Assembly (NCBI GenBank): GCA_002413865.1 | Contig: DHXX01000012.1 | Coordinates: 20,241-84,240, forward strand | Direction of reading: 5' to 3' | Length of the DNA: 64,000 bases | Origin: Candidatus Saccharibacteria bacterium UBA5145 | GTDB taxonomy: Bacteria; Patescibacteriota; Saccharimonadia; Saccharimonadales; UBA4665 | Shown: positions 1 to 9,405 of the stretch, one piece after another | Position numbering within the stretch: position 1 is the first letter of the stretch | Layout: the number at the start of each line of letters is the position of its first letter | The notes under the pieces: model-generated | Told to the model about the DNA's origin: nothing | Databases searched by the model: none | The model's input: only the letters and a program-made list of their open reading frames with translations | Program-made: the position numbers and the translations under genes

Positions 1-37
1 TTCGCTACGCTCTCTCGACGGGTTCGTATCCCTCGCA

Positions 38-75
38 AATTAAAAAGACCTGCTTTACAGCAGGACTTTTTAATT
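38..75 (-). terminator. Intrinsic terminator-like hairpin after tRNA-Ser(GCT)
   Basis: AAATTAAAAAGACCTGC-TTTACA-GCAGGACTTTTTAATTT, near-perfect inverted repeat with T tracts. Confidence 0.65.
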
Positions 76-168
76 TGGCGGAGAGAGAGGGATTCGAACC
101 CTCGCGGGAGATTGCTCCCCCCTAATGATTTAGCAAACCATCCCCTTGAGCCACTTGGGTACCTCTCC
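76..168 (-). tRNA. tRNA-Ser(GCT)
   Basis: Reverse complement GGAGAGGTACCCAAGTGG...TTTGCTAAATC...long variable arm...GGTTCGAATCCCTCTCTCTCCGCCA; anticodon GCT, CCA encoded. Confidence 0.96.
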
Positions 169-405
169 AGACTGGGCTATTGTACTATACCTTGGCGCTG
201 GGTGCCACGACTAGGGCTATCTTAATAATAAAAATTGTCCTTCTGATAATCTCGTGCTGTGAAGGGTTGGGGTGGGATCGCTCCGTTACACTGCGCTCCG
301 CCACAAAGTCATGCTCGGAGCGAGCTCCTGCGCGTGACTTTGCTCTGCCGAACCCACGGTATGTATCGACTTCGTCGCTACACCGTGGGTTCGGGTCGCA
401 CTGCC

Positions 406-445
406 AAACTAAAATAACCTACCTGGTGGTAGGTTATTTTAGTTT
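406..445 (-). terminator. Terminator-like hairpin after tRNA-Ser(TGA)
   Basis: AAACTAAAATAACCTACC-TGGT-GGTAGGTTATTTTAGTTT perfect inverted repeat. Confidence 0.65.
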
Positions 446-534
446 GGCGGAAGGGGTGGGATTCGAACCCACGGTACCATTGCTGGCACGACGGTTTTCA
501 AGACCGTTTCCATCGACCACTCGGACACCCTTCC
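445..534 (-). tRNA. tRNA-Ser(TGA)
   Basis: Reverse complement GGAAGGGTGTCCGAGTGG...GGTCTTGAAAACC...GTGGGTTCGAATCCCACCCCTTCCGCCA; anticodon TGA; TGCTATAAT extended -10 upstream near 553-561. Confidence 0.96.
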
Positions 535-630
535 ACGGGCGTAACGGAGGTGATTATAGCATGCAATGGCCGAGTAAGCCATTGCGGGATAGTGGGTTGA
601 TGGTAGCTGGAGGGTGGCTCCCGCTCTTCT

Positions 631-707
631 GTCATCCCAGCGCAGGCTGGGACCCAATCAATAATGAATTCTATATCGATTGGATCCCAAATCAAGTTTG
701 GGATGAC
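631..707. repeat. GTCAT-tagged palindromic element, family A (paired)
   Basis: GTCATCCCAGCGCAGGCTGGGACCCAATC ... GATTGGATCCCAAATCAAGTTTGGGATGAC. Confidence 0.9.
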
Positions 708-718
708 GGTAGGGGAAC

Positions 719-1381
719 CTAGGCTTGGGCGAAGACGATGGCTTCGACGCGCTTCGCGCCGGCCGCCTTCAGGGCTCGCGCCGCCGCTTGCAGTGTCGCA
801 CCAGTAGTGAGCACGTCGTCGACCAATAATATATGTGCCCCGGTTACGCCGCTGGACTTAACCCGGAAAGCGCCAGTTAATTGCGTTAGTCGCTGGTGGC
901 GCGAAGCACCGACCTGGTGCTGTTGGCCGACGCGGGTCAAACAGGGGAGATAGCGCCGCCCCAACCGGTCTGCTAGCTCCCGAGCCAGCAGCTGGGCCTG
1001 ATCATACCCCCGCTGGCGAACACGTTTGCTCGATGTCGGGACGGGAACAATCAGAATGTGAGCCTCGGCGGCATAGATTGTTGCCAGATATTCGGCAATC
1101 TGGCCGGCCGCCGCTTGGGCGCCCTGAAATTTTAAGCGCCAGACCAGTTCTTTGGCGATAGTTTCGTAATTAGTACCGACGGTCACTCGGTAGAGCGGAC
1201 TCGTCGCGCGGCACGAGCGACAAGTACGGCTCAATTTGGTGACGGCTCGACAACGATAACAACGGGCTGGCAGGCAGGTTAAGGCGCTGCTACAGGCGCG
1301 GCATAACAGAGGCCCTTCGTCGCCGCAGCCGACGCAGCGGTGGGGAGCAATAATAGCGATTAGGCGGTCGAATAAGCTCAT
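719..1381 (-). CDS. comF: ComF family protein (double zinc ribbon plus phosphoribosyltransferase domain)
   Basis: CxxC pairs at N-terminus, VPVP...RGYDQA, ILLVDDVLTTGAT PRTase motif; start taken at MSLFD (1381). Confidence 0.9.
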   Translation of the reverse strand: MSLFDRLIAIIAPHRCVGCGDEGPLLCRACSSALTCLPARCYRCRAVTKLSRTCRSCRATSPLYRVTVGTNYETIAKELVWRLKFQGAQAAAGQIAEYLATIYAAEAHILIVPVPTSSKRVRQRGYDQAQLLARELADRLGRRYLPCLTRVGQQHQVGASRHQRLTQLTGAFRVKSSGVTGAHILLVDDVLTTGATLQAAARALKAAGAKRVEAIVFAQA

Positions 1382-1510
1382 GTTGTGATTATTGTGTTGT
1401 AAATATGTAGTTTGTTCGTTGCACACCTTGAACAACCTAAGCTATACTGTCAGTAAGACAAAAATGCAAGACTCTTAAAGAAGAATTAATCAACCGGAGG
1501 GTAACAGCTT

Positions 1511-1987
1511 ATGGCGCGACGTAATCGCGACGACGATCTTTTGCTTGAAGAAGACGAATTAACAGCGGCTTTTTTGGGTGACGATGATCTCACAGTACCA
1601 ACCGAGACCAACCAACCACAGGCCTCACCAACAACTGATGAGTGGGACGAAGACGATACCGTACCCGGCCAATTGGCAGTCGACGTGTATGAGACTCGCG
1701 AAAAGCTAGTCGTTAAAGCTCGCACCGCGGGCGTTAACAAGCACGACCTCGACGTCAGTATCTCTGACAACCAGTTAACGATTCGCGGCACCCTGAGTGC
1801 CGGCTTGGAAGAAGGCGTCGAAAACTACTTCTTGCAAGAATGTTACTGGGGTGAATTCTCACGGACTATTGCATTGCCCGTACCTGTCAAAGAAGAAGAG
1901 ATTGAAGCCGTTCTAAAAGATGGCGTTCTGACAATCAGCTTCGGCAAAGTCAAGCAAGACACGATCAAGAAGATCCAAGTCTTATAG
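1511..1987 (+). CDS. Hsp20/alpha-crystallin small heat-shock protein
   Basis: GQLAVDVYET...LTIRG...ECYWGEFSRTIALP...AVLKDGVLTI; GGAGG SD. Confidence 0.92.
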   Translation: MARRNRDDDLLLEEDELTAAFLGDDDLTVPTETNQPQASPTTDEWDEDDTVPGQLAVDVYETREKLVVKARTAGVNKHDLDVSISDNQLTIRGTLSAGLEEGVENYFLQECYWGEFSRTIALPVPVKEEEIEAVLKDGVLTISFGKVKQDTIKKIQVL

Positions 1988-2008
1988 CCGCTTTGGTTTA
2001 ATCGCCTT

Positions 2009-2041
2009 AAATAAGCCCTTACTCTTGTAGGGGCTTATTTT
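2009..2041 (+). terminator. Intrinsic terminator after Hsp20
   Basis: AAATAAGCCCTTAC-TCTT-GTAGGGGCTTATTTT. Confidence 0.75.
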
Positions 2042-2100
2042 GTTACCAAAGAACCCTTCCATTGCCACCCCGCACTCTTCCAACATCCAACCTTTCTTTC

Positions 2101-2216
2101 TTGTCATCCCAGCGAAAGCTGGGACCCAGTCAATAACTAACTCCTTACAGAGGTTTTTTGGGAGTAGCTACCGCTACAAAAAATATACTGGGTCCCAGCT
2201 TTCGCTGGGATGACAA
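2101..2216. repeat. Family A paired palindromic element (~115 bp)
   Basis: TTGTCATCCCAGCGAAAGCTGGGACCCAGT ... ACTGGGTCCCAGCTTTCGCTGGGATGACAA with core GAGTAGCTACCGCTACAA. Confidence 0.92.
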
Positions 2217-2244
2217 TATGGGGGGAAGGGTCTATCGCGAAAGC

Positions 2245-2273
2245 AAAAGAGCCCTTCGCAGGGAAGGGCTCTT
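2245..2273 (-). terminator. Terminator of pilin cluster
   Basis: AAGAGCCCTTC-GCAGG-GAAGGGCTCTT hairpin followed by a T run on the minus strand. Confidence 0.7.
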
Positions 2274-2299
2274 GAAGTGATGTTGCTGAAGAACTATTA

Positions 2300-2734
2300 C
2301 TAGCTGATGCCGGTAGTTGATGTCGTAGCCGTGTTGATCACGAAGTGAACGATGATTTGGGCTAGAGCCACGATAATAAGGCCAATGATAGCGTATATTA
2401 AGGTGTTCTTGGCGCCAGACACATTGCCGCTGTCACCACCGGAGGTGATGTACTTGAATCCTCCGTAGATAATCATCAGGACGGCCACGATGCCGACGAT
2501 GATCGAGAATATATTGACTATTTTTGAAGCGATGCCACTGAGATCGGTCGTTCCGCTTGTTCCAGCTGTACCACAATTATCGCCAGCCGTTCCGGTGGCG
2601 TTGTTAACTCCCGTACAAAGGCTGCTCTTGATGGTTGCCGAGGCAACACCGCCCAGAACAGGCACTAACATCGGGACCCCCAGCGTCAAACTAGCGACGG
2701 CGACGAGGAAAAAGCTTTTCATTTTTTTAATCAT
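2300..2734 (-). CDS. VirB2/TrbC-like T4SS pilin 1
   Basis: Signal peptide, Cys pair, two hydrophobic helices around YITSGGD...AKNTLIYAIIGL. Confidence 0.85.
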   Translation of the reverse strand: MIKKMKSFFLVAVASLTLGVPMLVPVLGGVASATIKSSLCTGVNNATGTAGDNCGTAGTSGTTDLSGIASKIVNIFSIIVGIVAVLMIIYGGFKYITSGGDSGNVSGAKNTLIYAIIGLIIVALAQIIVHFVINTATTSTTGIS

Positions 2735-2797
2735 ATTTACCTTTCTTATGTTTACTTAATTTATACTACAAAAACACTCTTCAAATCAAGCTGCCAT

Positions 2798-3286
2798 CTA
2801 CTTACATCGTCTATCGCTTGCAGAGATCGCAGGGTTAGAGGTGCAGGCGCCGGTGGCTGAATTAACTACAAAGAAGACAATTGCCTGAGCTAACGCTACC
2901 ACCACTAACCCGACGATAGCGTACACTAGCGTGGTTTTGGCACTAGCTATCTTGCTGGCGTCCCCACCAGAGGTGACATATTTAAACCCACTTACGAGAA
3001 CCATAACTACCGCCGCGACACCAACAATAAACGACAGTATGCGGAGTATTGCGGCGATTATATTCGTAATAGCCGTATTGCTAGCAGATCCACAGCCTTG
3101 CGTACTATCGACGCTGTTTAGGCCGTCACAAGCACTACTTTTTAGCGTCGGGGGTGCTGGGGCGGGTGTAGTGGCGGCAAAACTGGGGGAAATGTTTGGC
3201 ATAGCCGCTACCGGCATAGCAAACAGCAAGCCACTTAGGCCTAGGCTGATTGCTAAAAAGTTCAGTAACTTAGTCTTCATATTCAT
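2798..3286 (-). CDS. VirB2/TrbC-like T4SS pilin 2
   Basis: YVTSGGD...AKTTLVYAIVGL; extra C-terminal Cys pair. Confidence 0.85.
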   Translation of the reverse strand: MNMKTKLLNFLAISLGLSGLLFAMPVAAMPNISPSFAATTPAPAPPTLKSSACDGLNSVDSTQGCGSASNTAITNIIAAILRILSFIVGVAAVVMVLVSGFKYVTSGGDASKIASAKTTLVYAIVGLVVVALAQAIVFFVVNSATGACTSNPAISASDRRCK

Positions 3287-3294
3287 TCCTTAAA

Positions 3295-3684
3295 TTAGAT
3301 TTTATTAATTACAAACGCAATGATTGATTGGGCGATTATAACCACGACTATACCGATGACTACGTAGAGCACGCCATCGCGCGCAGACTTCACGCCGTTG
3401 GCGTCGCCATTTGAGGTAATCAAACGGAAGCCGCTAACAACCAGCACAACGGTAGCAGCAATCCCTGCTATGAGGGACAGCATGTTTAAGAGCTCTTTCA
3501 GAACAACGATAACGGGGTTTGTCTTTGCTTTAGTCTGGGCACCAACATCGCCACACACAACCGTAGATTTGGCACTACCACTACATGGCTGGAAAACGTC
3601 TACGGCACTGGCCGTACTGGTGACTACCAACACCGGGAAGAGAAGACTGGCTGCGATTGCTAATGCGTATATAAATTTCTTCAT
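3295..3684 (-). CDS. VirB2/TrbC-like T4SS pilin 3
   Basis: LITSNGD...ARDGVLYVVIGI; start taken at MKKFIY (3684). Confidence 0.82.
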   Translation of the reverse strand: MKKFIYALAIAASLLFPVLVVTSTASAVDVFQPCSGSAKSTVVCGDVGAQTKAKTNPVIVVLKELLNMLSLIAGIAATVVLVVSGFRLITSNGDANGVKSARDGVLYVVIGIVVVIIAQSIIAFVINKI

Positions 3685-3688
3685 AATT

Positions 3689-4018
3689 CTATAACCGATT
3701 GAGCACAAATGACACAATTAATTCACCGCTAAGGGCAATCACTAGTCCAGCGGTGGCATAGATAATAGTATTGCGCGCTTTCGCCGCTTGTTGGGGGTTA
3801 CTGCCTTCCGTAATAAGACGCAGGCCTCCCCAGATAACAATAATAACTACGGCCACGACAGCAATTATCCCGAATACTATTTGCAAAATACTTTGTAGGT
3901 TGGCCTGACTGGCCGCAATTGTAGGTAGACCCGTATCACAGTTAGCTGCGTCTAGACACTCCACTTTGGCCGTAGCCGCCACTACGCCAATCATGGCTGG
4001 TGAAAGAAGCGTGATCAT
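3689..4018 (-). CDS. VirB2/TrbC-like T4SS pilin 4
   Basis: LITEGSNP...ARNTIIYATAGL; Cys pair. Confidence 0.8.
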   Translation of the reverse strand: MITLLSPAMIGVVAATAKVECLDAANCDTGLPTIAASQANLQSILQIVFGIIAVVAVVIIVIWGGLRLITEGSNPQQAAKARNTIIYATAGLVIALSGELIVSFVLNRL

Positions 4019-4022
4019 AGCT

Positions 4023-4445
4023 TTAATTTATCCTTCCCGCCACAAAAGCAATAATGGCAGCGGCCGAAATGGCGAGAGCCAACCCTATCAGGGCGTTGAC
4101 AATCGTGCGCCTTGCCTGAGCGGTCTTATCGGGCTCTCCTTGGCTCAACATGTATGACACCCCGCCATACATCACGAACGCGACCGCCATTAGGGCCGCT
4201 ACACGAATAAGTATTTCAATGATTGCTGCGACGACAAGCCAGGTGTCGGCCAGGCTTGCCAACAGCGGCGTACACATCGGAAGACCGTTTGGATTGGCCA
4301 CAGAAACCGCTACCGTTGGCTGGAGAGTCCCACTCAAGTACTGGTACCAGTGTGGGAAACTCAAGAAACTAGTCACCCCTTTCGGAAAAGTACAAGCATC
4401 ACCGATCTTAGCGGCGACTACCGCAGCAATTACTGGACTGATCAC
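4023..4445 (-). CDS. VirB2/TrbC-like T4SS pilin 5
   Basis: YMLSQGEP...ARRTIVNALIGL. Confidence 0.8.
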   Translation of the reverse strand: MISPVIAAVVAAKIGDACTFPKGVTSFLSFPHWYQYLSGTLQPTVAVSVANPNGLPMCTPLLASLADTWLVVAAIIEILIRVAALMAVAFVMYGGVSYMLSQGEPDKTAQARRTIVNALIGLALAISAAAIIAFVAGRIN

Positions 4446-4879
4446 TGGAAGAATCCTGCCGGAATTAGATAGTTCAATATCGCGTAGGCAAATATGAATA
4501 TGAGCAGGGCCGTGATATTGCTCCTGATACGCCCCATCGCCTCGGCCGTCGCCTTTGGATCACCGCGCGACGCGGTGTACTGGATGCCAGCAAAAACCAT
4601 TGAGCCAGTCAGAACTAACCCCACGCCAATGGAAAGAAAACGAATAATCGCAAAGGCCACATCAGTAATTGGATTGCCCTTACCGGTACAGCCGATATTT
4701 ATCGACGTCACAACACTGTTTGGAGCTGCACCACAGACATCACCGGGGGCGGCGGCAGCGGCCGCAAAGCCGGTGACTAGCGGTGTTGCCGAAACATTTG
4801 GGGTTGCCAGAAAACAGAAGCCAAGCACGAACCCTAAAATTATTAAACCGTTTTTATATTTATGAAGCATTAACACCAT
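4442..4879 (-). CDS. VirB2/TrbC-like T4SS pilin 6
   Basis: GIQYTASRGDP...AMGRIRSNITAL; Cys pair; start uncertain by a few codons. Confidence 0.78.
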   Translation of the reverse strand: MVLMLHKYKNGLIILGFVLGFCFLATPNVSATPLVTGFAAAAAAPGDVCGAAPNSVVTSINIGCTGKGNPITDVAFAIIRFLSIGVGLVLTGSMVFAGIQYTASRGDPKATAEAMGRIRSNITALLIFIFAYAILNYLIPAGFFQ

Positions 4880-5196
4880 TTATATTGGATATCTCCGTTT
4901 TTTGCAAGCCTAAAGCTCTATTTACAACTTTATCTATGGGTGATGGTCGGCCGCGGAATGTAGCCCATCTTACGAGCTGTATTACTTCAAACTATACTTG
5001 GCCGTCTTGCCAAAATCAACCTTGCACCTGATATAGACGGACCAACCAGTCATGCCAAAAACTAATAGGGCGCTCTATTCCTGTTTCTAGAGTCGACTCA
5101 CCCCTTTTATCACCATATATATGGTTATGCCATCGCCGTTAAATCATTTGACCCGAACCTAACCATTAGTGTTTAATTAAACTAGTTGGCTTATCT

Positions 5197-8100
5197 ATGA
5201 TATTGAAAATGAAAATCCAGAAAATGAAGAGTCGCAGCCTGTTGGTGTTACTGGCTTTGGTGCCCGTATTGTCTACTGTTATAGTCCTCGGCACACCCGT
5301 CCTAGGGTCGCACGCCGCTGCTGCTACGGCTCCACTTCCGGTTGATGCCCGTGTTTTCTCCCGCCAATCCTACCTTATGATGACTTCTCAATGCGGTTGG
5401 ACCCGAGGCGTAGGAGCGATCCGCGCCGTCGCGGAACCCGGAATACCGTTCACTCCAGCCAATGGGTGGATGGCGACTGATCACAACGGGGCGAACATGA
5501 ACAAGTCTGTTGGTAGCGCTTTCAGAAAGTTCATTCCTATGAATGATGATACTGCGAGAATGGATTGCGATAACGCCGAGGGTTGGGTAGACAAAACCCT
5601 CCAAGTTTGGAATTTTAAAGATCCAATAACTTTCTTATGGGCGGTCCGTGATGCCGGTGGGCTGAACTGGAATAAGGACATGGGTGCCTTCTCGACCAAA
5701 GACGGAAGTAACAGCAATGCGGAAAATGCCGCCATTACTAAAGTCGTCCAAAAAACACCTTTTTCGGGGGCAACGAAAGGCCTCGCTCCCGACGAACAGT
5801 ATTACGACTGGCTAGTCAATTTCGAAACACAGTGTTCGGCAACTTTTTCAAATTCACCGGCCGCCACCAGTACCGAGATAAATGGCATAATGAGCGCCCA
5901 AGCCCTTCTTAACGGCACCCCGACGCCCGGTTATTGGCACTTTGATAAAAGAGTTGGCATAGACGTGGATGTTGGCACCGCTTTGATTGCTAGTGACGGT
6001 GGTTCTAACTGCCCTGAGATAGCCAATCATGTTGGTAACCCTATCCTTATCAATGCTTACGCCGCCTACGTTAAGGCCGGTGGTACGGCACCGGCCGTGA
6101 CTGGCGGTGGAGCTGCGGCCACTTCACCCGACTGTGAGTCGCAGGGTGGTGCGTTGGGCTGGGTACTATGCCCAATAATAGATGGTCTAGCCAAGACTAT
6201 TGACGGCCTCTACAGCACCATGATTCAGCCGCTACTAGTGACTAGGCCAATCGACATTTTAGGCAGTAGCAGCGACCCAACGCATACCTATCAAATCTGG
6301 TCTAACTTTCGCATATATGGCAATATTTTCCTGGTAATCGCGCTGCTGGTGATAGTGTTTGGCCAATCAATTGGTGGTGGCATGATCGAGGCCTACACCG
6401 CCAAGAAGGTCTTGCCGCGCCTATTAGTCGCCGCCGTCATGGTCAACCTATCCATTTATCTTGTCGCTTTCGCCGTTGACCTGACGAACATTTTGGGGAA
6501 CGGCCTAGCCACGATTATTAGCGCCCCCTTTGCCCAAACACCGGGGTTCTTCAAACTCAGCATTAGCGGCACGACGGGTGGCATTGGGCTCACCGCCATA
6601 GTAGGTACTGCCTTTTGGGCCGCCATAAGTGCCGGCCCGCTGTGGACGTTCATCTGGACATTCTTCTTGATGCCGGTTTTGCTGACAGTTCTTGCCATTC
6701 TGGTAACGGTAGTCATCCGGCGCGGTTTGATCATCCTGCTCATAATCGCCAGTCCGGTGGCCTTTGCGTTGTACTGTCTCCCCAACACCGAAAAATATTT
6801 CAAAAAGTGGTGGGATTTATTGATAAAAACGCTGCTTGTCTACCCGATTATTGCCGTCATCTTTGCCATCGCCAACATACTTGCTGTCACCATCAATTCG
6901 ACCAGTCAGAGTGGCGGCATCACCGGAGTCGTTGGCCAGTTCGTGAGTGTCGCGGCGCTAGTGGTGCCACTTTTCCTGATTCCGTTCGCTTTCAAGCTTG
7001 CCGGCGGCGTCATCGGTCAGCTGCACGGTGCCCTAGGTGGGATCAGTAAACGCGGAGCGGAAGCCTACAAGGGCAACGCCAACGACCCCAACAGTCGCCG
7101 CAACAGGGCTCGCAATGGTTTGGAAGACCGAAATATACTGAGCCGGGAACGGGGCGTTAGTAGGGTTGGCGGTCTTCAAAAAGCTGGAGTGACGGACAAT
7201 CAATCAGCCCAAACAGCCAGATGGAAGCGTCGGCTGGGACGGACACTCAGCCCGGTTGGCCGAGTGCTCAACTCGGGCGACCTAGAGGCCAAACGCTCGG
7301 CGCTTACCAAGAAACAGGCCGAATTGCGGGAACAAAAAACAGGCTATGGTCCCGACGACAGTGTGCGTGCTTTCTATGCTAAAAAGGGCGACGACGGCCT
7401 CTGGCGCTCATCAACGAGTGGCAAGGTGTTCTCCGACCTCGACGTCCAAAAAGCCAATTCACTCTACGGTCGCGGGGCGGGTTTATCGGCCTCGCAGGCC
7501 GCCATTAACTACGAACTCGGCAAAGCCGGAAACGACTCAGAATACAATAAGTTTCTGGCGGAGACCCCAGCGATGCTGGAGAAGAAAGGCTACAATCATG
7601 ATGAAATCAATGGCATTATGAAGGGTGTTGGTTATGCCAACCAAGCCAAGCGGCTCGACCTCAAGCACTCTTCGTTTAGCAAGAATGAAGATACTGGATT
7701 ATGGAAGCGCAGGATCGACTACGCCACCATGTCCCAGGACGCCGCCGAGAATTTTGGTTCGTACCCGATATCCAACATGAAGGACTCGCCGCTCTTGGCG
7801 CTCAGTGAAGGCCACACCGCGGCCCAAGGCGCCATCGCTGACGCCGCGCTCATTACCGGCACCGACGATGCATCCAATAAAGCCAGGCAGGACGTCTTCG
7901 ACAAAGCCGGCTTTAAGGCAGCCGCTCTGTCGGACGGCACAAAGATGGGCGGTCAAGCTCTGGCGGAACGGACTATCGCAGACAACAAGACGACCGCCAA
8001 GATTCTGGACACCCGCATGCGCCAGGGCCAGGGCATCGGCAGCATCGGCGACGACGGCACCGTTATTCCCAGCGCTCCCGGTATCGGTAGTGGTGCCAAT

Positions 8101-8202
8101 ATCAGTAGCGGGTCCGGCCATGTCGATGCCGCGATCGCCGACTTTGTTAATCAAGTTAACGGCCCACTACACCCACGACCAGGAGGTCCAATTGCCCCAT
8201 AA
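5197..8202 (+). CDS. Large polytopic membrane protein, VirB6/TrbL-like T4SS channel component with extracellular N-terminal and long cytoplasmic C-terminal domains
   Basis: Signal peptide, 7-8 TM block with IWSNFRIYGN, KKVLPRLLVAA, ASPVAFALYCLPNTEKYFKKW; upstream of prgI/virB4. Confidence 0.7.
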   Translation: MILKMKIQKMKSRSLLVLLALVPVLSTVIVLGTPVLGSHAAAATAPLPVDARVFSRQSYLMMTSQCGWTRGVGAIRAVAEPGIPFTPANGWMATDHNGANMNKSVGSAFRKFIPMNDDTARMDCDNAEGWVDKTLQVWNFKDPITFLWAVRDAGGLNWNKDMGAFSTKDGSNSNAENAAITKVVQKTPFSGATKGLAPDEQYYDWLVNFETQCSATFSNSPAATSTEINGIMSAQALLNGTPTPGYWHFDKRVGIDVDVGTALIASDGGSNCPEIANHVGNPILINAYAAYVKAGGTAPAVTGGGAAATSPDCESQGGALGWVLCPIIDGLAKTIDGLYSTMIQPLLVTRPIDILGSSSDPTHTYQIWSNFRIYGNIFLVIALLVIVFGQSIGGGMIEAYTAKKVLPRLLVAAVMVNLSIYLVAFAVDLTNILGNGLATIISAPFAQTPGFFKLSISGTTGGIGLTAIVGTAFWAAISAGPLWTFIWTFFLMPVLLTVLAILVTVVIRRGLIILLIIASPVAFALYCLPNTEKYFKKWWDLLIKTLLVYPIIAVIFAIANILAVTINSTSQSGGITGVVGQFVSVAALVVPLFLIPFAFKLAGGVIGQLHGALGGISKRGAEAYKGNANDPNSRRNRARNGLEDRNILSRERGVSRVGGLQKAGVTDNQSAQTARWKRRLGRTLSPVGRVLNSGDLEAKRSALTKKQAELREQKTGYGPDDSVRAFYAKKGDDGLWRSSTSGKVFSDLDVQKANSLYGRGAGLSASQAAINYELGKAGNDSEYNKFLAETPAMLEKKGYNHDEINGIMKGVGYANQAKRLDLKHSSFSKNEDTGLWKRRIDYATMSQDAAENFGSYPISNMKDSPLLALSEGHTAAQGAIADAALITGTDDASNKARQDVFDKAGFKAAALSDGTKMGGQALAERTIADNKTTAKILDTRMRQGQGIGSIGDDGTVIPSAPGIGSGANISSGSGHVDAAIADFVNQVNGPLHPRPGGPIAP

Positions 8203-8249
8203 ACAGTACCTCTCCAGCACGGAGAACTCAGGGTATCTACAGGTGACAC

Positions 8250-9359
8250 ATGGCATCATATAAAGTTATCCAGAATATCGAGGCCGAAGACAAGATTCTT
8301 GGGCCGTTGACGCTGCGGCAATTCATTTTTGCTTTGATCACCGCTTTCTTTCTATATCTCTGTTTTGTGGTGGTTACTAAGGGCGCTCCTTTCATGTTAG
8401 CCATCTTTCTGCCGCCAGCCCTGTTTACGGGCTTTTTTGCGCTGCCGATCGGCAAGGACCAGCCGACCGAGGTGTGGGCTTTGGCCAAGCTGCGCTTCTT
8501 GTTCAAACCGCGCAAGCGCATTTGGGACCAGAGCGGCGTCAAAGAGCTCGTTACTATAACCGTGCCAAAAAGGGTTGAGATAAATCGGACCAATGGGCTC
8601 AGCCAAGTTGAGGTGCAGAGCCGTTTGAGCGCCCTCGCCAACACCATCGATAGCCGGGGCTGGGCCATTAAAAACGTCAATGTTAATTTGTACAGTCAAC
8701 CGAGCCAGCTAACCATGGGGGGTGAATCTGACCGCTTGATCGATCCGTCGACAATGCCGCAAGCGGTACCGGATTATGACGTCCAGGCGTCCGACGATAT
8801 CCTCGACGAGCGCAGCAACCCCATCGCCCAGCAATTCGACCAGATGATCAACGCCTCGAGTCGGGCCCACCATCAACAACTCGTCAACACTATGAACGGC
8901 GTCCGCGCCGAACCGACCGCCCAGGTGCCAGTCGCGCCCGAGAATTACTGGTTCCTAAACCAAGCGCCGACGCCGCCGTCCGACGGGCAAGCCGTCTTTG
9001 CCCAAGCCCAAGTCGTGCAGCCAGGTCTAGTCGACGACGGAGCCACGCCGCCTGCAACCGCCGCCGAAGAGGCTTTATTAGACAACATCAAGGCCCGTAA
9101 TACGACCCAGCAGGTCTACAGCGCCCACATGAAAACGTTGCAACCACTGGGGGCCCAGTCGGCCAACCCAACCCCCGTTAATCAAGCTCCGGCCGTCGCG
9201 CCGGTACTGCCGCCCAAACCGATGACACCCCCTCCCAATCCTGCTATACTGAACTTGGCAAGTAATAACGACTTAAATGTGGCGACTTTGGCGCGGGAAG
9301 CCTACAAAGTAAAGAATCCTCAGTCGCCGCAGGATGAAGTTGTCATTTCACTACGCTAG
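8250..9359 (+). CDS. PrgI-family (VirB3-like) membrane protein with Pro/Gln-rich tail
   Basis: YKVIQNIEAEDKILGPLTLRQF followed by two TM helices. Confidence 0.8.
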   Translation: MASYKVIQNIEAEDKILGPLTLRQFIFALITAFFLYLCFVVVTKGAPFMLAIFLPPALFTGFFALPIGKDQPTEVWALAKLRFLFKPRKRIWDQSGVKELVTITVPKRVEINRTNGLSQVEVQSRLSALANTIDSRGWAIKNVNVNLYSQPSQLTMGGESDRLIDPSTMPQAVPDYDVQASDDILDERSNPIAQQFDQMINASSRAHHQQLVNTMNGVRAEPTAQVPVAPENYWFLNQAPTPPSDGQAVFAQAQVVQPGLVDDGATPPATAAEEALLDNIKARNTTQQVYSAHMKTLQPLGAQSANPTPVNQAPAVAPVLPPKPMTPPPNPAILNLASNNDLNVATLAREAYKVKNPQSPQDEVVISLR

Positions 9360-9405
9360 TCTTAAAAACAGACTGCGTTCTAGTAATAGGGTGGGCTAAA
9401 AACAT

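Noticed and set aside
180..722. 180 aa ORF and two small minus-strand ORFs
   Set aside because: They overlap tRNA-Ser(TGA) and repeats; shadow ORFs
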